In this document: positions 26,528-35,430 of the stretch, piece after piece
Position numbering within the stretch: position 1 is the stretch's first letter
Layout of the letters: every line of letters begins with the position of its first letter
Assembly (NCBI GenBank): GCA_964353465.1
Contig: CAYGWQ010000003.1
Coordinates: 1-54,731 of the forward strand
Length of the DNA stretch: 54,731 nt
From: an uncultured Acidobacteriota bacterium
GTDB lineage: Bacteria; Acidobacteriota; UBA6911
Reading direction: 5' to 3'
Position numbers and translations under genes: made by a program
The notes under the pieces: model-generated
The model's input: the letters and a program-made list of their open reading frames with translations, nothing else
The model's database searches: none
What the model was told of the DNA's origin: nothing

Positions 26528-27679
26528 CTACGTCCAATAGAAAACGGGGACACAGCAGTCCGGCGCCAGGTTCGCCCAGCGCAATGCGGTCTCGGGAAGG
26601 AAATAGAATACGATGCAAAGCATGATGTAGACAGCCAAAAGCTGTACGCCCTCCATCCAATTGGACTCCCCATCACGCGCAATCTCGTTGGTAATGATCA
26701 CTGCCAGGAAGATGGCAAGCACTTCCGCCGGAGTGAAAACCAGGTTCATCGGTTCCGGCCCCACAAAAAGACTGGCCACAACAAGAACAGGGGCCACGAA
26801 AAGAGCGATCTGGATGCTGCTGCCGATGGCGACACCCAGACTGAGGTCCATACGGTCCTTTGCGGCCAGGACCACCGCCGTGCTGTGTTCGGCGGCGTTA
26901 CCGATGATCGCCACGATCACCAGGCCGACAAAAAGGCTGTTCAGACCGAAGGCATGCGCGGCCATTTCCACCGAGCCGACGAGGATTTCACTCATCCAGG
27001 CGATCAGCGCAGTGACCAGACCCAGCAAGAGCAGGCTCTTGCGGAGAGGCCATGCCGAATGCTTCTCATCCGCCACGGTGGCGCCCTCGCCCCGGTGGCC
27101 GGCAAAGAAGTGCTTATGGGTGCGCAGGCCGAAAATGAGCGACAGCCCGTACGTAATCAGCAGCACAACCGCAAACTCCAGGCTCAGATCCGCCTCGGCT
27201 ACCCGCCCTTGCGGTCCGGCGAGCCAGTGAAATGCCGCCGGCAGGATCAACCCGATGGTGGCCAGCGTCATCATGGTTGCCTGGATCCGGGCGCCGCCGG
27301 CATGGAAAGCCTGCGTCTTGTGCTTGAAGCCGCCGGCCAGAAAGGCGGCTCCCATAACCAGCAGAATGTTGCCGATAATGGACCCGGTCAGCGAAGCCTT
27401 GACGACATCGTAGAGCCCGGCGCGCAAGGCGACAAGAGCAATGATCAGCTCCGCTGCGTTGCCGAAAGTGGCGTTGAGGAGCCCGCCGACGCCTTCACCG
27501 GCGCGCGCCGCCAGGTGTTCCGTGGCTTTTCCCATCCAGCCGGCGAGAGGGATGATGGCGAGACAAGCTGCAAGAAAAATAGTCCCATGCCAATCGCGGC
27601 CGATGAATTCCAGCGCCACGGTGATGGGGAGGAAAACCAGCAACCAGTCGAGTCTGGGCTTGAGCCACGAGCGCTTCAT
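26528..27679 (-). CDS. cax: Ca2+/H+ antiporter (CaCA family, ChaA/Cax type)
   Basis: Polytopic membrane protein with the two alpha-repeat signatures GNAAELIIALVAL and GNAAEHSTAVVLA that are typical of calcium/proton exchangers. Confidence 0.9.
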   Translation of the reverse strand: MKRSWLKPRLDWLLVFLPITVALEFIGRDWHGTIFLAACLAIIPLAGWMGKATEHLAARAGEGVGGLLNATFGNAAELIIALVALRAGLYDVVKASLTGSIIGNILLVMGAAFLAGGFKHKTQAFHAGGARIQATMMTLATIGLILPAAFHWLAGPQGRVAEADLSLEFAVVLLITYGLSLIFGLRTHKHFFAGHRGEGATVADEKHSAWPLRKSLLLLGLVTALIAWMSEILVGSVEMAAHAFGLNSLFVGLVIVAIIGNAAEHSTAVVLAAKDRMDLSLGVAIGSSIQIALFVAPVLVVASLFVGPEPMNLVFTPAEVLAIFLAVIITNEIARDGESNWMEGVQLLAVYIMLCIVFYFLPETALRWANLAPDCCVPVFYWT

Positions 27680-27705
27680 GCGTGTCTGTCTCCCGTAGAG
27701 CGATG

Positions 27706-27731
27706 AAAAAGCCTGAGCCCGCCTGGGCTCA
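27706..27731 (-). terminator. candidate intrinsic terminator after CDS 27729..29036
   Basis: On the minus strand the sequence reads UGAGCCC-AGGC-GGGCUCA followed by GGCUUUUUC. The stem includes the stop codon. The U-tract is short and offset by 3 nt, so the call is modest. Confidence 0.4.
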
Positions 27732-29036
27732 ACGCAACTTCAGGCGATGGATGACCATCTTCTCAGGGTATAGCCGAACCGGTTGATTGCGCCTGTCAAA
27801 TCCCATCTCGGGCTGTTCAGCGAGCCAGAAGGCGCCCTCACCGCAAGCGATTGCATTGACAGGGTAGTTCAGCGGTTCAAAGCTTCGTACCTTCCCCGAC
27901 TGGGTATCTATTCTCAGAATGACGCTGAGACGAGGCCGTGTCTTGTCGAACCCGTACCAGTTGTCCAGCGGCTTGCCGTCCGCGCCCAGCTTTACTTTTT
28001 CGATGGTTCCCGTGCCCACAAGATCGGCGCCATCAAAGTCCAGACCGCCTACGCCGTAGATCCGGTATCCCTCCAATTGAACGTTCATCGCCGCGCCCGC
28101 CTCGCCGGTCTCCGGGTTGACCTTCTGGATGCCGAGGTGGCTGGCAACGAACAGCGCGCCCTCGCGGAATGCGATGCCACGGGCGCCATACACCTTGCTG
28201 ATCTTGTTCGCAGCGGTCTCGACGGCGAGCCCCCATTCCTCCTTCCTGAGGTCGAACCGCAGGATGCCCTGCCCTGCGGTCCAGCCGTAGGGGAGGAGGT
28301 AAAGGATGTTCCCGTCGCTGGCAAGATCAACATAGATATCCGTGCCCTTTACCGCAATCGTCCGTTGCGTCTTGCCCGTCGCCGGGTCCAATGCATACAA
28401 AGTGTTCTTGTGCAGGCAATAGAGCACGCTCCCGACCCGGCACAGGCCGCTCAGACGATCATCCACCGGCGCTTTGAAAACCGAGCTCGTGCCGGCCTTT
28501 GAAATACTTGCGGGGCGCGGGGCGCGGGCATCCCATTCTTTGTCGGCCCGGTAGAGTGCGAACCGTGTCAGCGCGGTTTCCATCTGATGCAGAAAAGGTG
28601 CGGTTTCAGCATAGCCGCTCCAGCGGAAGATATTTTCCTCTTTCGCGCTGAGAATGAGCATGCTGGGATAGGCGGAGACGGAGAACCTCTTGGCGAGCTC
28701 TGGCGTGACGTCTCGGTCCACGACTACGCAATTGAACTTCCCCGCTAATTCGAGCAATTCCGGTTGGGAGAAAGAACCTTTCTCCAGCCTGGCGCACCAC
28801 GTTCACGTCGCATACGTGAAATAGGCAAAGATGGGCTTGCCGTTCCGGCGGGCGAGGTTCAGGGCTTCCGCGTAAGAGTAGGAGAAGGGAACTTTCCCCA
28901 GGACGCGATGTGGTTCCTTCGCCGGCTCCTGCACAGAAGGCTGCTGGTGATCAGCGCTTGTCGCGGCTGACCCGGCGGAGTTGAAACAGAGGCCACAGCC
29001 CAGCAACAGGATTGCCGGATACATCTTCAGTCGCAT
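27729..29036 (-). CDS. candidate selenoprotein: exported thioredoxin-fold (U-x-W-C) domain fused to a beta-propeller-like domain; in-frame TGA at 28805-28803
   Basis: ORFs 28803..29264 and 27729..28757 share one frame and are separated only by one TGA. Read-through gives ...GKPIFAYFTYAT-U-TWCARLEKGSFSQPELLELAGKFNCVVVDRDVTPELAKRFSVSAYPSMLIL..., a complete Trx-like fold with TGA at the first redox Cys position. The start ATG 29036 (AAGGGA upstream) gives the lipoprotein-like signal MRLKMYPAILLLGCGLC. A hairpin follows the TGA (see next feature). The alternative reading is a nonsense pseudogene. Confidence 0.6.
28760..28792 (-). promoter_or_regulatory. candidate bacterial SECIS hairpin downstream of the in-frame UGA
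   Basis: The minus-strand RNA reads UGA-ACGUGGUGCG-CCAGG-CU-GGAGAAAG-GUU-CUUUCUCC-CAA-CCGG. There is an 8-bp perfect upper stem (28767-28785) with a G/U-containing apical loop, plus a lower helix CC(A)GG/CCGG with an internal loop. The stem begins 17 nt after UGA. Confidence 0.5.
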
Positions 29037-29165
29037 GACATCCCTTTCCCGGCCGAATCTGGTTCGAGCCGCTGATGGCGCCCCTATTGTAGCGTTTCCC
29101 GATACACGATCTGAATCGAATTCTGTTTTTTTGGAACTGAAGATAAAACTCAGCTTGCTCAGCTC

Positions 29166-29434
29166 GTATCTGTTGCGAGATGCCTTCCGAGCCCTCGCGG
29201 CAAAGCCCTGGAGGGGCGGAAAGATAGTAGCCGGGGGCGCAAGCCCCCGGATAGGATGTTGCATTGAAGGAGCCCTGGTAGGGGCGAAAGAGCATTGTAT
29301 GTACCCTCGTTCTCTCGCCCCTCCAGGGCTCCGAGATGCTCTCCCATCCGACCCCGGGCTTGCGCCCGGGGCGACTCTCTGGCCGCCCCTGCGGGGCTGG
29401 GCTGGAGGGCGGAGCGAATTTCACGATTGAGTCC
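29166..29434. repeat. structured palindromic MITE-like element, copy A (inverted relative to B and C)
   Basis: It contains GCCCTGGAGGGGCGGAAAGATAGTAGCCGGGGGCGCAAGCCCCCGGATAGGAT, a central palindrome, and then the inverted second arm ...CCCCGGGCTTGCGCCCGGGG...GCCCCTGCGGGGC. The end motif GTATCTGTTGCGAGATGCC lies at 29166. The element sits in the divergent region between starts 29036(-) and 29833(+). Confidence 0.8.
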
Positions 29435-29832
29435 AGCTCGCCGACCTTAGGGGCGAAGGGCAAAGTGGTCAAGGGACATGGGAAAACCGGGGACCAAAAT
29501 CAGGGCTGATCGCAGATCTTGCCCTTGAAACTTCGAATGAGGGCATCCAGCAGCCCTTCTACTGTGAAGTACTCTGTTGCAAGGAGGTCCTTGAGCCATG
29601 ATCCTAATGTCCTTTGGCTCCTTGAACCGACTCGAACAAACGCAGCCCGATCCTTATTATTTTCAATCAGTTGTGTAATTTCCGAGACGTGCTATACTGG
29701 CCCGGTTCCCCGGTCCCGCATGACCGGGAATGATAGAGCAGCCAATTCATGTTATGGAATACCGGACAGGAACGGCACATACCGTGAGAGTCGTGACCCG
29801 CGAGTCTCGCATCATGCAGGGAACTGCACCTT

Positions 29833-31248
29833 ATGAGAAAAACGAAAATTGTCTGCACGATTGGTCCGGCCAGCCGCAGTCAGGAAAAGCTGGAGGCGCT
29901 CATCCTCGCCGGAATGGATGTAGCCCGCCTGAACTTCTCCCACGGGACCCATGAAGAGCATGGTCAGGTAATCCGTTCTGTGCGGGAAATCAGCGCGCGC
30001 CTGGGGCGCTCTGTGGCGATTCTGCAGGATTTGTGCGGCCCCAAGATCCGCACCGGCGCGCTGCAGGGCGGCGCCGGGGTGAACCTGGCAGCGGAGGCGG
30101 AGATCACCATAACCACCCTGCCCGTGTTGGGAAATGCCTCGCTGATTGCAACCACTTACTCCAGCCTTCCCGCGGATGTCCGACCCGGCGACCGCATCCT
30201 TCTTGCCGACGGAATGATGGAGCTGCAGGTGCTCGCCACCGACTCGACTTCGGTGCGCTGCCGCGTTGTGCATGGAGGTCTCCTTGGAGAGCACAAGGGC
30301 ATGAATTTGCCCGGAGTGCCCTTGAGCACACCCGCCGTTACCGAGAAGGACCTTGCCGACCTCGATTTTGGCGTGGCTCACGGCGTGGATTATGCGGCCA
30401 TCAGTTTTGTGCGCCAAGCGGATGATTTACTGCAGGTGCGGCATCTGCTCCAGGAGCGCCAGGCAGATATCCCGATTATCGCTAAGATAGAAAAACCGGA
30501 GGCGGTGCAAAACCTGGATGCAATCCTGGCAGCGTGCGATGGCGTCATGGTGGCACGTGGAGACCTCGGAGTAGAGGTGAACCCGGAAAAGGTTCCCATT
30601 TTACAGAAGCAGATCATCGAGGCGGCCAATTGCCGCGGTGTGCTTGTTATTACCGCCACTCAGATGCTGGAATCGATGATAACCAATCCCCGTCCCACGC
30701 GCGCGGAAGCAAGCGACGTGGCCAACGCTATCCTGGACGGCACCGATGCCGTCATGTTGTCTGCCGAAACATCCATAGGGCAATTTCCCCTGGAAGCCTT
30801 GAAGATGATGGTGCGCATCGCCCTGGAAGCGGAAGCCAGCGGCCGGGGGAGTGCCGCAGCAGAGCAGAAACGCTGCCGGTATCCCCAGGCGATTGCGCAC
30901 GCGGCGTGCACGATCGCCGGGGACCTTGAGCTCAAGGTGATCTGTGCCTTTACCCAATCGGGCCATACCGCACGCCTGGTTTCCAAGGAACGGCCCGGCG
31001 TGCCTATCCTGGCCTTCACGCACACTCCGCTCGTCTTCAACCGTGTGGCTCTCTATTGGGGCGTATCGCCCCTGCTGGTGGGCTTTGCCGGCAGTGCCGA
31101 GGATCTGTTCCAATGCGTTGAGGCGGAGCTCCTCACTCGACGCCTGGCAGCGGTTGGCGATTCCGTGGTCGTTCTCGGCGGTATGCCCCTGGCCATTGGA
31201 GGGGCAACCAATTTCCTGCGCATCCTGCGCGTGGGCGACGGCAGATGA
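29833..31248 (+). CDS. pyk: pyruvate kinase
   Basis: MRKTKIVCTIGPAS...MDVARLNFSHGTHEEH...GPKIRTG...IIAKIE...MVARGDLGVE... are canonical pyruvate kinase motifs. Confidence 0.95.
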   Translation: MRKTKIVCTIGPASRSQEKLEALILAGMDVARLNFSHGTHEEHGQVIRSVREISARLGRSVAILQDLCGPKIRTGALQGGAGVNLAAEAEITITTLPVLGNASLIATTYSSLPADVRPGDRILLADGMMELQVLATDSTSVRCRVVHGGLLGEHKGMNLPGVPLSTPAVTEKDLADLDFGVAHGVDYAAISFVRQADDLLQVRHLLQERQADIPIIAKIEKPEAVQNLDAILAACDGVMVARGDLGVEVNPEKVPILQKQIIEAANCRGVLVITATQMLESMITNPRPTRAEASDVANAILDGTDAVMLSAETSIGQFPLEALKMMVRIALEAEASGRGSAAAEQKRCRYPQAIAHAACTIAGDLELKVICAFTQSGHTARLVSKERPGVPILAFTHTPLVFNRVALYWGVSPLLVGFAGSAEDLFQCVEAELLTRRLAAVGDSVVVLGGMPLAIGGATNFLRILRVGDGR

Positions 31249-31593
31249 CACCACGGATCAGGTGATTACAGGCGGCATCGCGTTCCCATTGCATCGACTC
31301 GGATACCTCAGCATGGTTCCGGATCCATGGGCATGCCCGGGCCATCATTCACCCTTTGCCTGAATGGCGCTTGCTAGAGAGCGGCTGAAATCACAACTGC
31401 GGCGAAACGCAGGATGGTCAGCGCCAAGAGGCACCTGTCTCTGCAGATTCCAAGCTGTTCTCGGGTTGCTTATTGGAAAAGAAGAGGGTAATAATCAGGC
31501 TTCCGGGGTTCATGGGAGCCCTGCTTTCGTATCTACTGCCTGAAACAAATCCGGCGTCGGTCCGATCCCGGATATCTCGTTGCGCGGAGGCCT

Positions 31594-32991
31594 ATGATGT
31601 TGATCCCACTGCGTTTCATCGGTCTTGTCTCTGGTACTGCTGCCATCCTAATCCTGTTGATCAACTCAGCCAGCCATGTTTCGGCATGGGAGTATCCTCA
31701 GTTGACCACTCGCAGTGCAGAACAGGCAGGGCCGGCATCGGGCGTTGCCGTGCCAATGCCGCACATCCTGACTCCGCGCGAACAAGCCAACGTTTATAAC
31801 AACTCGCTGAAGATCCGGCTCGAGCAGATTGTTCCTCAGATCATGCGCGAAGAGGGCATCGACTTGTGGCTCGTGATCTGTCGCGAAAACAACGAGGACC
31901 CGGTCTACTTTTCCCTGGTGCCCTTCACTACGCTGTATGCAAGCCGGTTGCAGATTCTCGTCTTTCATGATCGCGGACCCTCGGGTTTCGAACGTTTCTC
32001 GGTGAATTTCCGGCAGATGGGCGAGTGGTACAAAAGCGTCTGGGACCCTGCGAAGACGGACCAGTGGACCCGCTTGGCCGAGGTCATTAAGGAGCGCAAT
32101 CCGAAAGTCATCGGCATCAATGAATCGGAGATGGACAACTACGGCGACGGGCTGACCTCGTCCTTGAAGGCCGGCCTGGTGTCGGCCATCGGCCCCGAGT
32201 ACGCGAAGCGATTACAATCGGCCGCGCGGGTTGCCGTGCGGGTACTGGAACGGCGCACGGCCGAGGAGCTTGAAGTGTATCCACAGATTGTCGCGATTGC
32301 CCACGCCATCATCGCCGAGGCCTTTTCGAACCAGGTGATTACGCCGGGGGTGACGACCACGGAGGACGTGGTGTGGTGGATGCGTGAGCGTTCGCGACGA
32401 CTGGGATTCACCAATTGGTTCCAGCCCTCGGTCTCCATTCAGCGCCCGAAGGACAGCCCGTTCAAGACCAGCCAGGTGATCCACCGGGGCGACCTTTTGC
32501 ACTGCGACTTCGGCATCGTGTACCTGAAGCTCTGCACCGATACGCAGCAACAGGCTTACATCCTCAAAGAAGGGGAGATCGACGCTCCCCCAGGGCTCCG
32601 CAGCGCGATGGCCCAATGCAATCGGCTGCAGGACATCCATATGGAGGAGATGAAGGTGGGCCGCACCGGGAACCAGGTTCTCTCCTCGGCGCTGAAGCGT
32701 GCCAGGGACGAAGGGCTGAAGCCCAGCATCTATTCACACCCGCTCGGAGTCCACGGTCATGCGGCGGGTGCGCCGGTAGGTCTGACCGACAAACAGGACG
32801 GCGTGCCGGGCGACGGCGACTACCCGATTTTCGCCGATACCGTTATCTCCATCGAGCTGAATAATCGTGCGAGCGTCCCCGAGTGGGGCAACCAGGAGGT
32901 GCGCATTGCATTGGAGCAGGACGCAGTAGTCTCACCAGGCCGCACGTACTTTCTGGACAAGCGGCAGACCGCACTCCACCTGATTCGATAG
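31594..32991 (+). CDS. M24-family metallopeptidase (Xaa-Pro aminopeptidase/creatinase-like), N-terminal membrane anchor or signal
   Basis: Pita-bread fold metal-ligand context is present (LHCDFGIVY..., HPLGVHGHAAG..., ISIELN). The N-terminus is hydrophobic (LVSGTAAILILLINSASHVSA). Confidence 0.75.
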   Translation: MMLIPLRFIGLVSGTAAILILLINSASHVSAWEYPQLTTRSAEQAGPASGVAVPMPHILTPREQANVYNNSLKIRLEQIVPQIMREEGIDLWLVICRENNEDPVYFSLVPFTTLYASRLQILVFHDRGPSGFERFSVNFRQMGEWYKSVWDPAKTDQWTRLAEVIKERNPKVIGINESEMDNYGDGLTSSLKAGLVSAIGPEYAKRLQSAARVAVRVLERRTAEELEVYPQIVAIAHAIIAEAFSNQVITPGVTTTEDVVWWMRERSRRLGFTNWFQPSVSIQRPKDSPFKTSQVIHRGDLLHCDFGIVYLKLCTDTQQQAYILKEGEIDAPPGLRSAMAQCNRLQDIHMEEMKVGRTGNQVLSSALKRARDEGLKPSIYSHPLGVHGHAAGAPVGLTDKQDGVPGDGDYPIFADTVISIELNNRASVPEWGNQEVRIALEQDAVVSPGRTYFLDKRQTALHLIR

Positions 32992-33748
32992 GTTGGAATT
33001 TCGGGGACAGGCGCCATAACCTCGAACCTCTCGAACAAACCTGCCTTTGTGCACTCTGGAATTTCCAGGTTACGGCGCCTGCCGCCCCTCTCATTGTTTG
33101 GATTTCGACGGAGTGTGATCCCCTCGGCGCATGGGATGGCGGCCTCACGCCCCAGCACTCCCGGGCAGAGGCGTGCCAAAAATCCTAGCTCGAACGCCTG
33201 AGCCTCTGTATAATAGATCCAGACGATCGATGCGGAAGCTGCGGAGCGGCTCGCCGAAGTCGACACAACATCTTATCTCCGAACCTGATCGGCGGCCGCA
33301 CCAAAGACTGGCATTCAAAGCGCCGTCAATTCCGACTATCACCCACGGAATCCTTGAACCACATTTAATCAGAAGCACCGTTTTTTACGGGAGTGTCTTT
33401 TGGGTCAGGCTCGAAAGCATTGGCGATCGGTTTCAGACCTGGACATGCGATAGTTTTGTCAAGCAAGCGGCAGGAAACAGCAAATGCGCTCCTTCTCATT
33501 TTCAGAGTAATCGTGAACGAGGAACCATAAAAGTCTCTCCCAAGGGGAGAAAAATGAAGGCAATGCTTTCACGGCATAACGTAATGGCGCACGGATCATT
33601 GAAGGAGGCGCTTCGCTCCCGCGGCACAGCGTTTGTTGCGGAGTTGGATACATAGGTGACTGCTTATGAGAGTTCTCGGCTCAAGGGGATCAGGATAGGG
33701 CTTGGCAGTGGTTTCTGGCCTCAAGCTTTTCCATTTTGGGAGGATTTT

Positions 33749-35299
33749 ATGAAACAAAGGACTCTGATCTTCGTTTTCGTCACTTTTCTCGCAATTCTGG
33801 CATGGGCGCCCCAAGCAAGTCTGGCGCAGACACCAATCCCGTCGCCAGTTCTTACGTTCTTGGGAACCAATGACTATATTGGCTCCGACGGGAATCCTTA
33901 CACAAGCTATAATCTCAGTGTCAGCAACTGGCAATTCTTTCCGGCCTACTTGTTCGAGCCGGCCCCCAGCCTTCCGCCTTGCGGTTTAAATCGCAATGCT
34001 TCGCGCACATGGGTATATATATACAAAGCGGATGGTACTTACATTTACGGATTCTGTGCACTCAAAAACCCGCAGGATCTGACGGCAATCTGGTTCGGCC
34101 TTCTGAAAGGCACGCCTCCGCCGGCGGAGGTCTACATTACGCTATGGGATCGGATTACTGATAAAACGTGGACATCTAACACGGTCCCGATTTCTGATGC
34201 CAGCCCAAACGGCTACCCCCCTGTCTCGCTGCCTTTAGACAAAGACGGCGGCACGAACCTATATGAATTCGCCGACAACCTTTTCAACTACAAGGTAATA
34301 TACCCAGCGTTCACCCCACCGGCTTATGACGTTTATCTGGTAGTGCAACCTATCCTAATATCGCAGGATGAACTCGACGCACTTGTTGTTGGGACCGCTT
34401 TCGCGGGAGTTCGAATCGTCCCCTACGGTGGGTTGGAGGGCTTCGGAGTCCTCTTTCGGGTTACGTGTGAAAATTCGGCTGGCACTCCTATCCCTTGCCC
34501 GGCTCCGGGAGGCACTTATGAAGTCAAGACCAGCTGGGGGCCTACCGGTCAGGTCATTGTCGCTCCGGCTTTTTTGAGGGCCCCCGAGGGCACGAATGAT
34601 TGGGAGAACATCTTCACCAACTACTATGAGGATAGAATCGATCCTACAGGCGCAGGCCGTGCCTGTTGTCGCTATTCTGACTTCGTGTTCGTCGATGGAG
34701 GAAGTGCCATGGCTGGCGCCTCGCCCCCGACTATCAGGATCACCACACCGCAGAACGGCGCAACGTACGCAGTCAACCAGAAAGTCGCGGCTAATTATGT
34801 CTGCAGCGGTTCGTATCTAAAGTCTTGCCTCGGTTCCGTACTTTCAGGCAGGCCTATCGATACCTCGTCACCGGGCACCAAGACCTTTGAGGTCAATGCA
34901 ACTGTTACCTCCGGCCCGACGGCGGTTCAAGTCGTGACGTACTATGTCGGGGCCTTCGACCTTCGCCTGCTCTATAACCCGAGCATATCAATAAAGAGCG
35001 GATGGCCTATCCTAATAATGCTGGAACTCCGTGATGCCGCTGGCAAGAACATGTCGTCATCGAAAATCAGATTAAAAGCTGTAAGGATTGTACGGGCGAG
35101 TTCGAACGCAGGAGGCACACCGCAGCCTTGGGGCTTCGCCAAATCGTGCAAGGACTTCCTATATATTCCATGGCCGGCCAAAGGATGGTACGTTTTCCTT
35201 CTGGACACCCGGGGACTCGGGGCCGGGTCGTATTTACTACAATTTACCGTCTCGGCGGATTCGGGGTCCACTTACTCTGCGCCTTTCAAAATAAAGTGA
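33749..35299 (+). CDS. secreted hypothetical protein (orphan; Ig-like C-terminal region)
   Basis: Inside ORF 33656..35299. ATG 33749 is preceded by GGGAGGA. The signal is MKQRTLIFVFVTFLAILAWAPQASLA. The sequence is visibly more AT-rich than its neighbours. No family was recognised. Confidence 0.65.
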   Translation: MKQRTLIFVFVTFLAILAWAPQASLAQTPIPSPVLTFLGTNDYIGSDGNPYTSYNLSVSNWQFFPAYLFEPAPSLPPCGLNRNASRTWVYIYKADGTYIYGFCALKNPQDLTAIWFGLLKGTPPPAEVYITLWDRITDKTWTSNTVPISDASPNGYPPVSLPLDKDGGTNLYEFADNLFNYKVIYPAFTPPAYDVYLVVQPILISQDELDALVVGTAFAGVRIVPYGGLEGFGVLFRVTCENSAGTPIPCPAPGGTYEVKTSWGPTGQVIVAPAFLRAPEGTNDWENIFTNYYEDRIDPTGAGRACCRYSDFVFVDGGSAMAGASPPTIRITTPQNGATYAVNQKVAANYVCSGSYLKSCLGSVLSGRPIDTSSPGTKTFEVNATVTSGPTAVQVVTYYVGAFDLRLLYNPSISIKSGWPILIMLELRDAAGKNMSSSKIRLKAVRIVRASSNAGGTPQPWGFAKSCKDFLYIPWPAKGWYVFLLDTRGLGAGSYLLQFTVSADSGSTYSAPFKIK

Positions 35300-35430
35300 G
35301 TGGGATTGAAAGTGGCAGACCCTTTTGAGTGGCGGGTCACCCGCGCGAGGGGTCTGTCTCTGGAAACGCAGTTGGCCGCAAGATTCGCAACGGGGTTTCT
35401 GGGGATATCCAAGGCTGAGGGGAGCCCAGT

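Noticed and set aside
25750-26682. Full-length 310-aa version of ORF 25750..26682.
   Set aside because: - The N-terminal 58 codons overlap the 3' end of the antiporter gene.
- The internal ATG at 26508 has a strong AAGGAG site and begins a canonical signal peptide.
28951-29472. ORFs translating the palindromic elements: 28951..29472, the upstream part of 28803..29264, 28981..29430, 45416..45625, 45456..45656, 48869..49261, 48921..49193, 48946..49191, 48959..49321, 49020..49286.
   Set aside because: - They read through hairpin repeats in several frames and on both strands.
- They give the same pseudo-peptides (PGLAPGA, PPLQG, ISYPGA.APGYY) in unrelated contexts.
- No starts with ribosome-binding sites are present.
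29503-29691. 63-codon open frame on the minus strand ending ...WLKDLLATEYFTVEGLLDALIRSFKGKICDQP*, upstream of pyk.
   Set aside because: - It has no ATG/GTG/TTG start anywhere in the open stretch.
- No family was recognised.
- It could be a gene remnant, but I cannot support it.
33131-33655. 174-aa plus-strand ORF, and its terminal 33-aa sub-ORF with a GGGGAGAAAAATG start at 33554, in the leader before 33749.
   Set aside because: - The long ORF has odd composition and no motifs.
- The short ORF has a decent RBS but is too small to support without conservation data.
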